A DNA stretch of 63,997 nucleotides, filler included, from Cercozoa sp. M6MM (Eukaryota; Protista; Endomyxa: Ascetosporea), in assembly GCA_040357565.1 (NCBI GenBank). It is 11 parts of 11 records of this genome, joined end to end, with 100 filler letters (N's around TTAATTAATTAA, not from the genome) between each part and the next. Parts side by side here need not be neighbours in the genome. Positions count along the whole stretch, not along the records: positions 15,879 to 23,482 come from JBDODJ010000613.1; positions 23,583 to 49,748 come from JBDODJ010000152.1; 9 more parts are not named here. The stretch is one strand, 5' to 3'. Position 1 is the stretch's first letter. Each line of letters begins with the position of its first letter. Shown piece by piece: positions 16,201-32,965 of the stretch. The notes beneath the pieces are model-generated. The model was not told the origin of the DNA. It searched no databases and worked only from the letters and a program-made list of their open reading frames with translations. The translations under genes and the position numbers were made by a program.

Positions 16201-17182
16201 CGGGAGAAACGCACCGAGGGCGTGAACAGCGGCGAAATAAAGAACTGCGCGAAGCGGTCCAGCGCGCCCTCCACTGCGTCGGCGTTGACCTCTGCCGCGA
16301 CACACAACAACACTTCTTTCTTTCTCTCTTCCTCTATCTCTCTCTCTCTCTCTTTCGACTTAGCTTTCGCTTTCGCTTTCGCTTCGGCTTTAGCTTTCGC
16401 TTTCGCTTCGGCTTTCGCTTTCGCTTTAGCTTTAGCTTTCGCTTTAGCTTCAGCTTCGGCTTTCGCTTCGGCTTTCACTTTCGCTTGGCCTTCGCTATAG
16501 CTTAAGCTTTGGCTTTAGCTTTGGCTTTGGCTTTGGCTTTGGCTATAGCTTTCACTTTCGCTATAGCTTCGGCTTTAGCTTTGGCTTTAGCTTCAGCTTC
16601 AGCTTGGCTTTAGCTTCAGCTTTACAGCTTCAGCTTGAGCGCATTTCTCAAAACAAGACACTGCTTCGAAAATAGAAACGACTCACGGAAGTGAAAGTTC
16701 GTGTGTTCATCGCTCGTGAAGGCATTCCTGTGTCAGCAGTTTTACTCCAGCGTTTCTCAGAATAACTGACAGGGTGGATGATGAGAAACGCAAAAGAAAG
16801 CGTACGACATGCCACCGTGCGTGGAGACGTAGTCAGCGTAGGCGTTCTCGTCGGGAAACTTCTCCGTGCCCAGGAACAGCATGTGCTCGCAGAAGTGAGC
16901 CAGGCCACCGACATGCTCCGGGTCTTGAAATTGCCCAGCGTACACCTGTACAAAAAGCTCTTCAACCTCAAAACACTTCTTTGATTCAACCTACGTCCAT
17001 GGAAGCTGCTGCTTGACTCGCATCCGGGTCCGAAATTACTGTAATCGCAACTCGCGTATTTTTTTGCCCAAAACAACACTGCCGAGGTACAACTTACGTA
17101 GCACGGACAACCCGGACGACAGGCGCAAAACGCGGTAGCTGCGCGAGTCAAACGGCGACTTGATCGGTTCGAACACTTTCAT
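15888..17182 (-). CDS. IDE: Insulysin / M16A metallopeptidase, N-terminal part
   Basis: MKVFEPIKSPFDSRSYRVLRLSSGLSVLLISDP..AAASMDV..G...DP....GLAHFCEHMLFLGTEKFPDEN (inverted zinc motif HxxEH), then NAFT..EHTNF and ALDRFAQFFISPLF. Confidence 0.93.
16354..16637. repeat. Hexamer array (TTNGCT)n in an IDE intron
   Basis: Directly visible; produces a spurious AKAKAK ORF. Confidence 0.95.
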
Positions 17183-17521
17183 TTTCGCGAGAAACTCCCA
17201 AAATCGGCGAGAATTCTAACGAGCCCCTCGCAAGAAATCGCACTGCAGATAACCAAAACTGCACGTAGCCGTCTGACTGAGCCAACTTCGCACTCTAACG
17301 GGCTTCTGGGCAGTTTTTTTGCAAATACTGATCGGGCAATTCGATTGCTCGAGTTTAGCCGAACTTTGAACTAATAAGAGTAACTCAAACACACTAGAAA
17401 TCATCCGCAACACACGCGTAATGCAAGACTCGCGTCGCGCTACTGGTGGAACAATTGCTTTTTCGTTTGCTGTGCGAGCATGCGAGGGCGAAGTGAAGGG
17501 AACGTGAAGTTGGAGGGTCGC

Positions 17522-17572
17522 TCACATGATGAGGCACGGACCGTTTCGGAGGCGACTTTTCAAGGATCCTGC

Positions 17573-17624
<52 letters not shown>

Positions 17625-18587
17625 ACGAGTGAAAGAAAGCTTACGCTTGGCCGGCGTGTCCTGAATGCCGCCGCTCTTGTGCTTCCTGCAGCGGCGAACT
17701 GCGCAACAAGCATCGAGACACATGAAGCATTAACACGAAGCATTGACATGAAGCATTGACATGAGGCATTAAAACAACAGCGCTCGAATTGTACCTGCTT
17801 CCTCGAAAAGCTCGATGTCATTCACTGGCGTCTTGGCCGACGCCTCCATCCTGTGCGAACCGAGCAAGTGATCAAGGCAAGATCTAGGTCGACAGAGACA
17901 GGAAGTACCAAGTGGCATTGGTCCACGACTGAGCGAGCTGCTCGCCCTCCTTCTTGGAGACCACTCGCTGCTCCTCGAGGTCGCACTTGTTGCCCACCAG
18001 CACGATCGGCAGGTCCTCGCCTTCGCGTCTTCGCTGCACTTGCTTGTAGAACTCCTCAGCCTGACAGTGTTTGTTCGATTTAATAAACACCAACTGACCA
18101 CACACAGTAAAGGCACCTCCTCGAGTGACTCGCGCGATGTCACCGAGTACACAATAACCACTGCCTCGCACGACGTGATCCACGAGCCCAGCAGCACTCG
18201 GAACTCCTGCTGTCCCGCCGTGTCGACCACCTCGGCCGTGCTGACCTCTCCGTCCACCTCGATCGTCTGTCGGTACGTGTCTTCGATCGTCGGATCACTG
18301 TAGCCACACCGCACATATCAGCTGGCACATAAAATTCCTCATTTAATTGCTTCACGTACTGAACACCGTCGACAAAGTTTCCACTCACGAAACGAAGTGT
18401 CAGCGAGGATTTGCCCACAGCGCCACCGCCCTGCAAAGCAAAAAAACAGCCGATCAGAAAAGTGCCACTCGCTGTGACCAGCCACAAAAAGCAAAAATGT
18501 TGATCCGACCAACAACCTACGGCCACTGGCCCAAAGTGCAAACCCTACCAAAACCACGAGTCGATCTAATGCACCACCAGCCATCAT
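17522..18587 (-). CDS. Ras-family small GTPase with CaaX box CLIM, about 7 exons
   Basis: GGGAVGKS, DPTIEDTY, DTAGQQEF, LVGNKCDL, EASAK and C-terminal CLIM*. Confidence 0.95.
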
Positions 18588-19067
18588 TTGTGCAAGCTGT
18601 GTCGGATAAAGTTGTCTGTTCGTTCGATTGGTTCCTCCCGTTTCTGGTCAGTGTCCAACCACCCCTTTGCTTTTTCTTGTTTGTACGCGCCTTGGTGCCC
18701 TACTAACCTGAAATGCTTTTGGGTTTCACGCGCTGCAGCTATCGATAGTGTCGGACCCACGAGACGTGAGCGACGTGTCGACTCAGGCAACTCTGGCTCT
18801 GTACTTTCACTTGGACGGTCGGTTTGTCCGCAGCAAGGGCTCACGCTTTGCTGCGGCGCGTCAAAGACCCCTGGTCTTGTCTTAGCACACAAGGTAGGTA
18901 ACGCTTGCATTGCACGGCGCTGCATGGCGTGCCGCTGCTGGGGCAGCGCTTGTGTGTTTTTCTGATTTGGTTTTCTTGTGTTGCAAGAAACGCTGCTGTC
19001 TGTTTCGTGAGTGAATTTTGCGAGGCGGCAAAAACGAAACGCGCGAGTGTTGTGCAGGAACAAAGCC

Positions 19068-19458
19068 ATGTCGCGACGCATTGTGGCCGATTCGGTCGGC
19101 ACGCCGATCAAGAAGCTGCTGATCTCGAAGAACATGCACATCATGGCGACCGAGTACGGCTTCTCGCACCTGTACTTCCGCATGCTGGACGCTGCGTCGT
19201 GCGAGCTGCGCGACTCGCTGGCCGACAAGGCGCTGAACATCAAGCTGTGGCGTGAGGAGTCCGGCACCTACGAAGTCTTTGACATGGCCGAGAACGGCTG
19301 GTCTGGTGCCGCACATTGATTCTTTTTCTTGTTACTCATGTGATCTATGGTGTCCCTGTGAAGCAGATCCGATGGAGTTCGGCTACTCGCTCTCGCTGCT
19401 CGCCGAGATGGACGAGGAGCACAAGAAGGAGCTGGAGAAGGCCCAGCGCGCCATGTAA
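19068..19458 (+). CDS. Small protein, possibly a divergent cytochrome bc1 subunit 7 (QCR7)-like; 5' exons uncertain
   Basis: Strongly GC3-biased exons; LYFRMLDAASCELRDSL...GYSLSLLAEMDEEHKKELEK loosely resembles the QCR7 C-terminal half. Coding status is likely, the product call is weak. Confidence 0.45.
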
Positions 19459-20206
19459 TCCTCGCCGCCGCTCTCGACTTCCAGTTTTCTCCCGTTTTTT
19501 CATCTGTTCTGTACTTTCTTTGCACGTGAACGCACGCACCGTACACACCAAGACCGGGGTTTTGGGGCCAAGTTTCGATTCCGCCGCACTCGGCCAGCCA
19601 ACGCCACCTCAAACTCGAACACAAGTGGAATAGCCAGTTACGAGAAGTTACACAGTTACTCGTTTGGTTTGCTTTAATGGACTGAAAGTAGTATAGATGT
19701 CACACTGCTGTAATGCTCAAGAGATGCCATTACGTCACTTGACTACATTTTTTGACCTGGTATTTTCACCTTTTTTGGGGATTTTTTGCGCATTGCTGTT
19801 GACAGGTCCGCGCGGAAGCAGAGAAACGCAACACGTTGGCCCAGGAGACTCAAGTTGCTACAGTGCACTCAAGTGAGCAGCAGGGCGAACGACCTGAGGA
19901 CGATGAGGTAAACCGAGCAGGACAGCGACGCCTGTCTCATGTCGTGTTTTCGCACGAGTCTGCATCCTCACCGCCGCAGCCAGCACCGCAGACAATTCAC
20001 CAAGAAACGTGTGCGAGTGAGGGCGCAGCGTTTCTTGTGCCTAGTTACCGTCCGCGCGGAAGACAGTCATATCCTAACCAGGGTTGATTACTTGTTGTAA
20101 ACTTAAGTTACTCGTACTGCGCTGTAAATTTACGTACAAGATGCGATGGCTCTCCCTGCATATCCTTGATACGACTGATGCAGATTCAGAGAAGATCGAG
20201 AGAACG

Positions 20207-20295
20207 GAAGTTTATGAGTGTTTTGGCTTGATATCGCCTGAACAGAGTCCTTGCAGAGAAGTAGAAAGCTCCGCCACAGCTCCAGCTTGGCAGTT
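20207..20295 (+). mobile_element. Repeat family C fragment
   Basis: GAGTGTTTTGGCTTG...CAGAGTCCTTGCAGAGAAG.AGAAAGCTCCG matches 49557-49670. Confidence 0.8.
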
Positions 20296-20644
20296 TTTGT
20301 CTTAACCCGCTACGACCAAGGGCGGCTTCCCAACCTCTCCTGGTTTGTAGTCAATCCACTAAAAAGCTCACAGGTCATTGGATTCAGAGTCCAATGTCAT
20401 CACTTTCGGGATCCAGCGGGATCACTTCGAGACCCAGCCTGAGGAGGGTCTTCTTTCCATTAATTTCTGATTCGGCGAGTGGCCGCATTAACACTACTGC
20501 CAATGAAGTCTGCCAAACGGCATGTCAGTAACATCCTAGTCGCTTAAATTGGCCTGACATCGTGGGAACATTAGGACAATATTTGAAGAGAGACGATACA
20601 GTCTCGTAGCATCTTAGCTAGCGGTCAAATCGGTCGATGTATAA

Positions 20645-21160
20645 TCAGTCCTCGATGACCTTGGCACCCCACAGCTTGCCGTTCACGAGATAAGCCGAAA
20701 CCTGCACACAGCACCACGAGAAGCTCAACTCGGCAGGAAGAGTGGTCATTGGAATAAAGAGAGAAGCTACAGTGACGGTTTCTTCGTCATAGTCTGACAG
20801 ATCAAGCGACACTGGGTTGCGGGGCATCTTTGGGTTGTCAGGGTGCTCGAAACAGGTGTATGTGGTGCCGTCCTCCAGCTCGATCTGATCGTCAGAGACG
20901 ACCGTGCCCTGGAGACAAAAACAACAAAATTAAGAGCTTAAACCGTCACAAGCAATCGTGTGCCCAGCGGGCTGCATACCACAAAGAGCGTTCTTTTGAG
21001 TTCGTCTGCCATTTTAAACTTCACACGCTTGCCTGTGCTGTGCTGTGCACTGTAAACCTCCTTTTGCTTTTTCTTTTATTTTTCCCGTGTTGGTCGATCA
21101 GCGCCCATTTGTTTTTTAGTGTCACTTTAACTATCGTACCGGAGCATCACTGTGTGCACG
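20645..21160 (-). CDS. Hypothetical multi-exon protein (start uncertain)
   Basis: Spliced GTVVSDDQIELEDGTTYTCFEHPDNPKMPRNPVSLDLSDYDEETVT|VSAYLVNGKLWGAKVIED*. Confidence 0.5.
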
Positions 21161-21438
21161 TGTGTGTACGTGCATGGATCGGCTAAGTACCAGTACGCAG
21201 GGTAGCGTACGCGAGGTACAGCTCCAATTAAAAACAGTTGGGTAGTACGACACGTCAGGCATTTGGTTTCGCTCAGGACTTGTTCGACCGCACAGTCCTG
21301 GCCGTATGCAGCAGGTACAGAGATCAACGAAAATGTGTATTTCGTGGCTGCAATGACAGAGTGTTTGGCAGGGACCGCACAGAGTCGCCGTTTTTAGCGG
21401 CGAAACGCGAACGCGACGGACTGTTAAAAAACACGAAT

Positions 21439-22897
21439 ATGATGACACCTCTGCGTGTTGATGTAAGAGCAGTTTTTCACGCAAAGACTCACTCGCTCGA
21501 CCTTTGAGAAGCGCGCGTTTTCTTGATTTTCTGTTTTCGGCAGGAGATGCTGCGATCGCTGACTTGGTTCCGATGCCTGCAGGGCACAGTGGGGCAGCCC
21601 AGGGGTACTCAGATCATCAAAGGCCTAGACGACATGGACGAAGACTCCCTTCTAAATGTTAGTGTTTTTCTGGCTTTTTTCTACTTTTCTCGCGTGTTTG
21701 AACAATCGGTTCAGTTTCGAACAACCTTGTTCAGTTGACTTTTTTGCTCGTTTTGCAACTTGATTTCTGACTCAGTTGGCACAAGAATGGCGCACTGCGC
21801 GACGGCGGTACAAGGAATTGCGTGAGAAGACACTGGTGACGCCTCAGGAGCTGGCGCGGGCAGAAGCTGCTAATGTGCGTTTCTCCAAGTTTTTTCCCAT
21901 CTTTCTGACCAGTCATGTTCGCGATTATTGGTTTTTGGCAGGATGACCCGTTGTCGCAGAGTGCGGACTCTGTGTGGCAAAAACTGTTAACGCTAAAGCC
22001 TTTGCGTGCTGAGATAAACAAGGATGTTCTTCGCACTTATGCTGGCGATGCCTACTTGTAGCTTTGTGCTTTTGAGTTGAGTTTTGGTTGTGCTTTTATG
22101 CTGCTTTCGCTTCGCAGTTCATCGGAGGAGACACAAAGGATGCTGAACGATCAATTGCTCGTGTTTGCAGCACAAGAGGTGTGTTTCCTCTTTTGCTCTT
22201 TCGTGTATTTGCTTCTTTCTTGCTTTGCTTTCGTATATTTTTCTTTTTTTCGAAAGTGGGTGTTACCTTTTGTTTAGGAGCATGAGTTGCTCAAGTACAA
22301 GCAAGGCATGAACGAGTTGCTGGCCGTGTGTATTTACGCACTTCGACGTGACTACGAGGTGATGCAGCAGGAGCCGGAGATGCTGGAAGCCTTCTATCCA
22401 AAGTTCATCTTGGATCTGCTGGACCCGAATGAACTTGAAGCAGATGCCTACACATTGTTTTCCCAAGTACTCTGACCTGCTCGTGTTGTGTCTTGTATTT
22501 TGTCTGATTCTTTGGTGAAGGTGATGGAACTCTGCTGGGAGTGGTTCTCTCCGACAAGGCCGCGAACGCACGCGCACACGTCGGTGCTGTTTCAGAAGTT
22601 CCACCGCGTGCAGCACGTGCTGCTGAAGCACTTGGACCTCACGCTGTACCAGCACCTGGAGGGCCTGCAGGTGCCGCCGCAGCTCTACATGCTTCGTTGG
22701 TATATAATCCTGTTTATCAACTTGCATTAAACATTATATACACACACCAACACTCTGTGAGGTAGGATAAGATGTCTGTTCACAAGAGAGTTCGATCTGG
22801 ACGACGTTGTGCTCATCTGGGACGAAATCCTGCGACACCAGGACCACATGCTGGCTGCCGATTACGTGTGTGTGGTACCATCTCTTACTATGTATAT

Positions 22898-22950
<53 letters not shown>

Positions 22951-23242
22951 TTAAAAAGCTATACATATATATTATGGGTATATATATATATCTGATGTGT
23001 GTATCTGTGTGTGCCCACTGTAGGCACTAGTGATGTACCACAGGTACGCACTGCTGGCGGAAGGCAGGAACATCTTGGGCGTGCTGATGAACCTGCCGCG
23101 CATACAGCGGGTCGACGTGCTGCTGGCCTTGGCACGCTACCTGCGCGGCGACGTTGCTCCCGACTTCGCCTCGCTCACGCCACAGCAGGTCGAAAGCTGG
23201 AAGTCGGGCGATCTCGTTCCTGTGCTGTCGCAGTGGCCTCTG
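21439..23242 (+). CDS. TBC-domain Rab GTPase-activating protein (TBC1D5-like), 3' end missing
   Basis: LRSLTW, DDPLS, EINKDVLRT (IxxDxxR), YKQGMNELLA (YxQ), EADAYTLF, PQLYMLRWIRCLF.REF....LIWD. Start codon uncertain. Confidence 0.9.
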
Positions 23243-23264
23243 GTAACTCGCTCTATAAGTTTGT

Positions 23265-23482
23265 AGTATGTATGTATGTATGTATGTATGTATGGTATGT
23301 ATGCATGGTTGTATGTATGTATGTATGTATGTATGTATGTATGTATGTATGTATGTATGTATGTATGTACGTATGTAAGTATGTATGTACGTATGTAAGT
23401 ATGTATGTATGTGTATGTATGTATGTATGTTGTGTATGTATGTATGGTATGTATGTATGTATGGTATGTATGTATGTATGTA
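23265..23482. repeat. (GTAT)n microsatellite, intronic
   Basis: Directly visible. Confidence 0.97.
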
Positions 23483-23582
23483 NNNNNNNNNNNNNNNNNN
23501 NNNNNNNNNNNNNNNNNNNNNNNNNNTTAATTAATTAANNNNNNNNNNNNNNNNNNNNNNNNNNNNNNNNNNNNNNNNNNNN

Positions 23583-23646
<64 letters not shown>

Positions 23647-23656
23647 NNNNNNNNNN

Positions 23657-23704
<48 letters not shown>

Positions 23705-23725
23705 TATTGTGTGTTTGGTTCCCAG

Positions 23726-25165
23726 GCCCCTGGTGCAGCCGCACGCACTGCTCACGTCAAAGAACCAGCACGCCACCGAAGGCTACGCTCTGGACTGGTC
23801 ACGGTGCGCGAACGCACTTGGCGTCTTCGCGTCTGGTGCCGTGTTCTCTGCTTTCGGTGTACGTGCGTACGTGCTATTTATTTGGACACCAATTTGTACG
23901 TGCAGGCGACTGCCGAGGCGGTCTGACTGTCTGGCAGCCAAACGAAGGTTCTGGGTACGCATAGTCTACTACTCTCTCTTTTCTAATGTTAATTCCTCTA
24001 TGTATATATATATATATATATATATATGTAGCTGGCGGTCGATGATGTCGCTGAAGGGTCATAACCGCAGTGTTGAGGACATCCAGTGGTCGCCTGCTGA
24101 GGTGCGTGTGGATTTGTGTCATCGTGTTTGCGTGTCCTGTATGTTGTATTCTCTTTGTGTTTTTCTTACTTAGGCTCCTGTACTGGCCACTGCGTCTGTG
24201 GACAAGAGCATTGCGATCTACGATATGCGTACTGGCTCAGGTACAGCTGGTGTCTCACAGCAGCAGCGCTGTTTGTGTGTGTTTCTAGTGTGCATTGTGT
24301 CGAGTAGTACCGGTGCTGCGGGTCGCCAATGCGCACGATGCCGATGTGAACGTGATCTCGTGGAACCGCGACAAGGACACGTCTAATCTCCTGCTCTCGG
24401 GTGGTACCGCTTGGCCTTTTTCGTTGTTGTTGTTGTATGTATGTGACTGGTCAACGCAAAGGTGACGACGGTCTGGTCAAGGTCTGGGATCTCCGCAGTC
24501 TCGCGCAGAGCAGATCCAATAACACCGGATTCGTACATCTTTATTTTGTTTTTCTTTGTGTGTGCATGCCCTGGCTTGTGCGCAATTGTTTTTCTCTCTC
24601 CAGACGCCCGCTCAGGTACAGTGATGGGCCGTCTCTGTTTGCTGATGTGTCACCAACGCGTGTGTGTTAGACTTACGGCTACCACCGAGGTGCCATCACG
24701 TCAGTTCAATGGAGTCCGCACGACGCCTCGATGTTTGTTGCCAGTGGTACTTAGCACATTGTGTGACCATGTGCATGTCGTTTGCTTCTGCTAAGCTTCT
24801 CTCTTTTACCTTTAGGTGAGGACAACCAGTGTACGATCTGGGACCTTTCGGCCGAAACAGACACTGAAGTCGCCACCCAGGGTGCCTCGCTCGGTGCGCT
24901 CCAAGTGCCGCAGCAGCTTATGTTTGACCACCGCGGCCAAAACGAGGTAGATAATCACACACAGCGCTTCCGTATCTCACCGTGTTATCATTTACTGCCG
25001 GACAGATCAAGGAGGTGCATTGGCACCCGCAGATTCCAAACATGCTTGTCTCCACTTCACGAGAGGGTATTTAACTCCAAAATTCTTGTGATTTTTTGTA
25101 TATATCGCGGTGCTGGTGTGCGATTTCCTGTAGGCTTCCACATTTTCATGCCGGACAACCTGTAA
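23726..25165 (+). CDS. GRWD1: GRWD1/Rrb1 WD40 ribosome-assembly chaperone, C-terminal part
   Basis: [85 protein letters not shown]. Confidence 0.93.
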
Positions 25166-25302
25166 TTTCAACTGAGCGACCCGCGGATTACGAAAATTGC
25201 GCGAAATTCAACTCGTACGAGCGGGTCAATTCGGATACTAACGTAGCATAACTCGACTGGTCAATCTTGGCTGCGGTATTGATTTACTTAGTTGTACATG
25301 TC

Positions 25303-25442
25303 TGTTACAGCATGAGCTACTGTATTCGCCCGGAAGCACGTTACAGCATGAACTACTGTATCCGCGCGGAAGCAACCCACAACTTACAAAATCCTCAAGA
25401 GAGGTTGGAAGATTTTGACGTGTGTTCGCTGGTATCCTGACC

Positions 25443-25475
<33 letters not shown>

Positions 25476-25791
25476 GAACTCGAAAATGTTGCGCAGTTTG
25501 GCCCTTTTCTTTACTTCACGCCAACTCAAGTACTTCTGAATCCTCACTGCTCAGTCCTCACGACGTCTTTCCGTCAAGGACCCTTGTTACTGACTGTCCT
25601 TTCTGCAGTTACCATCTGACGGTGCCTTGCCCGTCCTCCACCAGTGCTTTGCCGCCCAACTGAACCGTTGGGGTAACTCACTCTTTCAAACTGACGCCAC
25701 TCTCCCTCCAAGAACAGACTTTTTTTTGTATCACTGGCAAAGTACCCTCAATTTACCAAGGCCTGATCCCTATTTGAGAGGGCTGCGAACA
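25303..25791 (+). mobile_element. Repeat family A copy with its first about 36 bp duplicated and an internal (GA)n
   Basis: Starts TGTTACAGCATG, ends GAGAGGGCTGCGAACA; colinear with the copies at 32971 and 41676. Confidence 0.9.
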
Positions 25792-26282
25792 ACCAAACGA
25801 CGCGAAAGTTTGAACGTGAAGTTTGGAGCTTGATTTAGTAGGGTAACTCACTTCTAACAAGCCGTTTTAGAGCGCCAATAGGTAGAACTAAGTATTGTGC
25901 AAGTAGTTTAGCGCCCTAGGACTTGGCTTAAGTGGCATGCAATGATGAAATTTGACTTGCAAAAGTAAGCATTGGGCAATTTGGACTACGTGGACGAAGT
26001 GTACCGAGCAAGAATGCGTGTCGAGCCGAGGTAAAATAACTATGAATAACGCACTGCGTTTTGTGGCATTTAGTTTATATTAGTGGGTGCAGCTACGTAA
26101 CCCGAGTACGGCAGCTACTTCGTTCAGTCTACTAAGAAACCAACTAGGCGATGTAGTTCCCCCTGTACCCAGTCCTAGGCGACTCACAATCGGTCCCGAG
26201 TACGGTAATGTTGGTCGTCGCAACATTGCAGCGTGATGGCAAGCAGTCAGTAGCGCGACGTACAATGCGCGATGAGTACGCA

Positions 26283-29504
<3,222 letters not shown>

Positions 29505-29880
29505 GTTTATAGCCCTTCAAGTAAGTGCACACACGTGGGTGCGTCTTCCACTTAAATGCCTGTGGAGCAGTTCTTGAACACGTCTGGTCCGACCCAGAAC
29601 TTAAGAGTACAGAACGGGTACGGTACTGTACAGTAGTTTTGTACAATAACAGTGCAGTGAAAGCTGCGCACAAAACCTGTACGTACCCCTGCCCCGCTGC
29701 CACTGTACAGTGTACTTGTAGTACTAAGAGTGCCGATGCGGCAGACTTGTAAACTTGCGCCTTTTTGCGACCTTGGGCCCTGGTGCGTTTTTCCATCTCG
29801 TGTGAATTAGTTGCAGGTTGGACGTGGGTTTTTTCGACTCCTGGTTCTTGGGGGAGTGAAACGGCGGTCCTGCCCAAGTG

Positions 29881-32255
29881 CTATGGCAGGACAAGCCATC
29901 CTACACACTTCCCAGATTGAAGCACACATCTGCAGGGCAGGCATGCCTTTGTGTTATGGTTTGCACTGCAGTTTGTGTGTCTTTGGCAAATGAGGACAAA
30001 AAAGAGACCCACTCCGACGCTGGACTTTACTGTTTGGCAGAAGGGGGAAATGTTACCATTTCGAGTATAGTGTTTGCTGTCTGATGCCTTACTTTGTACT
30101 TTTCTCAGGGCATGCCTTTTTTGGAAGAAGTGAGCCACCTTGTTCATTGCTGGTGATGACGCGGCGCGGAGCAAGAACCGAGTGACCTGCGCTGGCACCT
30201 CGACCTCATCTCGTCTCTCGTTCCTCGTAGCCTTGCAACCTGACGGACATTCGATCGGATCTTCGGGCATACTCACTCACTCCACCGCCGCGCACGTCCG
30301 GCATGTGTCGCGGGACAAGCGACGCAGTTTGTCATGGTAGGTAGCCCGTATAGGTAACATGTTATGTATCGCATCATCATAAAGCACGCGACGCATCATC
30401 ATCACTGATCAGGTAGCTGAGCAAGCCTCTTCTGCCGGTGGCTCGTGCTCAATAGCAGTTCAATTGTCCGACGGCGTAGCCAGGGCCAGCACAAAGTTTA
30501 CTCCATGTCGTCAGGCGCCGATTGTTCAGGCTGAGGGTAAAACGATACAAAACCAAAAGCAAGCACAGTTGGGTGAGAAATGAAGCTACCGCGTCCGCAA
30601 GTGCCGCGCAATCATCACACACTACGATAATAAAAAGGCGTGGGCACTGGGTGCATTTGCATTTGCATGCGGTGTTTCCATACCTCGAGCGGGCTTATCG
30701 CCGCAGCCGCTGACAACCATCTTGTTTTTCGCACTGCGATACATCGATATAAGCTCAGACCCAAGGCACGAACGAACAGAAAGTACCACTGCGCGCACAC
30801 GCAGCGACCGCACTGCCGGCAGTGGTGGCGCCGCTTCGTCATCTACATGTAGAAAACAGAGGTAACTCAACAAGGGTTTACCGATAAACGGACGGACATG
30901 TACCGAAAAACGGGTGTCGCAACGCTCACACGCTTCGGTGTTCTCACTGTTGTTTCCGGGTGACACAGCTAAATTCAAGACGTTCAACAGTTTATGAAAG
31001 GCGGTACTGCCAATGGTCGCGCGACTCGGCCGTCGTCTTGGCAGAAGCAGCCACAGCGGCCTCAACACCTTCATTTTTTACCTGTCGAGACAAAACGTAG
31101 ACCTCAACCAGCACTTGAAACAAGCAAAAAAAAAACTACTTCATTGACTGCAGAGGCGATCGACTTGTCGCCGTCATCGCGCAGCTTCTGCACGATTCGA
31201 TTCACGATTTTATCGACTTCGCCCATGGCCCATCCCATGAACTTATCCTACACGCAACATATTATACGGGCTTGACACGCAGCTATCAAGGAATGGAGTG
31301 CGCATATGCACCTTGGCGCGGTTTTGCATCTTGTTGCGCACAGGTCCCGGCACCCTAAAGTAAAACACATGAAGTCAAAAATTAAAGTGTATGTGGGCCT
31401 ACTTGGACAAGGAGTTCCACACTGCCGACGAAAAGCAACCCCAAAGACCATTTGAAAGGTTGCATCTCCCTGCAGAAATACAGTGCATCAAGTACACAAA
31501 TTGAGCATCGTTAGGTCACTGGTGATTGTTTCGTTGTACAGTAATGACGAGCAGATCGTGTGTCTTCAATAGCCACAATGCGCTGCCAAGAGAAGAAGTG
31601 AAGGGGTGAAGGGACAAATCGGATTAAAAAATAATGGGCGGGCAGTATGGAGTGGGGAGAAATGAGAAAAACAAAAGGTTAAAACGAAGAACATGAGGGT
31701 TGTTGGATGACAGTGCTGCGGATCTGAAATACCAGTTCGGCTACACTAGCGTCAGGCTGGAGGTAAAATCGCTCCACGCCGTACAGGTAACCTGAAAAAG
31801 TACAACAAATAAATCTAAAGCGTGTCACATGCAAAGGAGGGAGAGCCGAATATGATACCCCAAGGCTTAAAAACATCTTGCGGGTGTCGCTACAAAGGAA
31901 GTAAAGCTAACGGAAAGACGGTACAAGCATACGGGCCAAGGGCGTAAAAGGGAGGGTAAAACTGTTTACGTTGCGGTAGTTATTGAAGCTCTCGAAGCGA
32001 CTCTCAGAGATGCGGCTCAATTCAGGCAACGCCTCAAAAATTTCCTGAATAAGGCGATCGAGACGCACCCCAGCGACTGAGACTGCCACCATGATTTGTG
32101 TTTTTGAGTGCTCTGCGAGACAAAACAATCTTCACGTGTTCACTCAGTGGTTGAGAAAGATTGGCGCACCTCTGGATGCTCTCGCAGACCTCTAAACGCG
32201 ATTCCGTGGCTTGCGCAACCGCAAACACACCACCGCACCTCGTGCACTGTTCCAC
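29881..32255 (-). CDS. FYVE zinc-finger protein, multi-exon, boundaries approximate
   Basis: ACERCDTRFS|MTKRRHHCRQCGRCVCAQC is the FYVE R(R/K)HHCR motif. Whether the flanking exons all belong to one gene is uncertain. Confidence 0.65.
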
Positions 32256-32467
32256 GAACGTTCGCCAGGGTGGTCAATCGCGCACTTATTTGAGAGCGTC
32301 TGGCTGCGTCTACAGTACTGTATATGCGCCGAAGTGTGACCGTACGCTATGAACGACGTTGGTAGCACCAGAGCGCTCGTTAGGCGCAAGAAAGCCGTGC
32401 GTTTCTTTCGATTCAACAATTCGTCTACTGTTTTATGGTGCCCAGGGCGAGAAACAGCGGAGCCGCA

Positions 32468-32706
32468 TGAACGGCTATATTCTGCTTGCCGTGAGCGGCC
32501 TCTTTTTTGTTTGGACGGCCTTTTCCCTTGTGGTAGCTCTTTTAATGCTCCTGGCGTGCTTCAAAAATCGTCCCTTACTATGTCGCAACAGGGCGTCAAG
32601 TTACTGCCAGAAACAGGACACACCTTTCTCGACTGGCTTAGGGTATTGTTGCGGTCTCTATGACCAAACAACGTTTGTGCAGTTGTTTTGGGGTGCAGGA
32701 AGATAA
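32468..32706 (+). CDS. Small hypothetical protein with a hydrophobic N-terminal helix
   Basis: MNGYILLAVSGLFFVWTAFSLVVALLMLLACF... Confidence 0.3.
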
Positions 32707-32965
32707 GTATTACGCACTGCTGATCCCGTGCCTTATTCCTGTCACGGTTGTCGCCGCGTACCTCAACTGGTATTCCGAGCATCTTTTTCGTGGTTGAATT
32801 TCACCTTTCACCGCAGGCTCGGACTGAAGTTGTTCCGACATAACTAAGTCAACTCGTCAATCGTCGTGTACTATAGTCTCGCCGCTCCTACGCCGCAGCT
32901 GGCCAGTGAGTGGTTTTAGTTTTAGTTTAGTTTGGTTTCTTAGTGGACTGAGCTACCCTAACTAA

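Noticed and set aside
15304-16500. Long hydrophobic, K/Q/T-rich and AKAKAK ORFs
   Set aside because: Translations of low-complexity intronic repeats; the real IDE and SEN1 exons splice around them.
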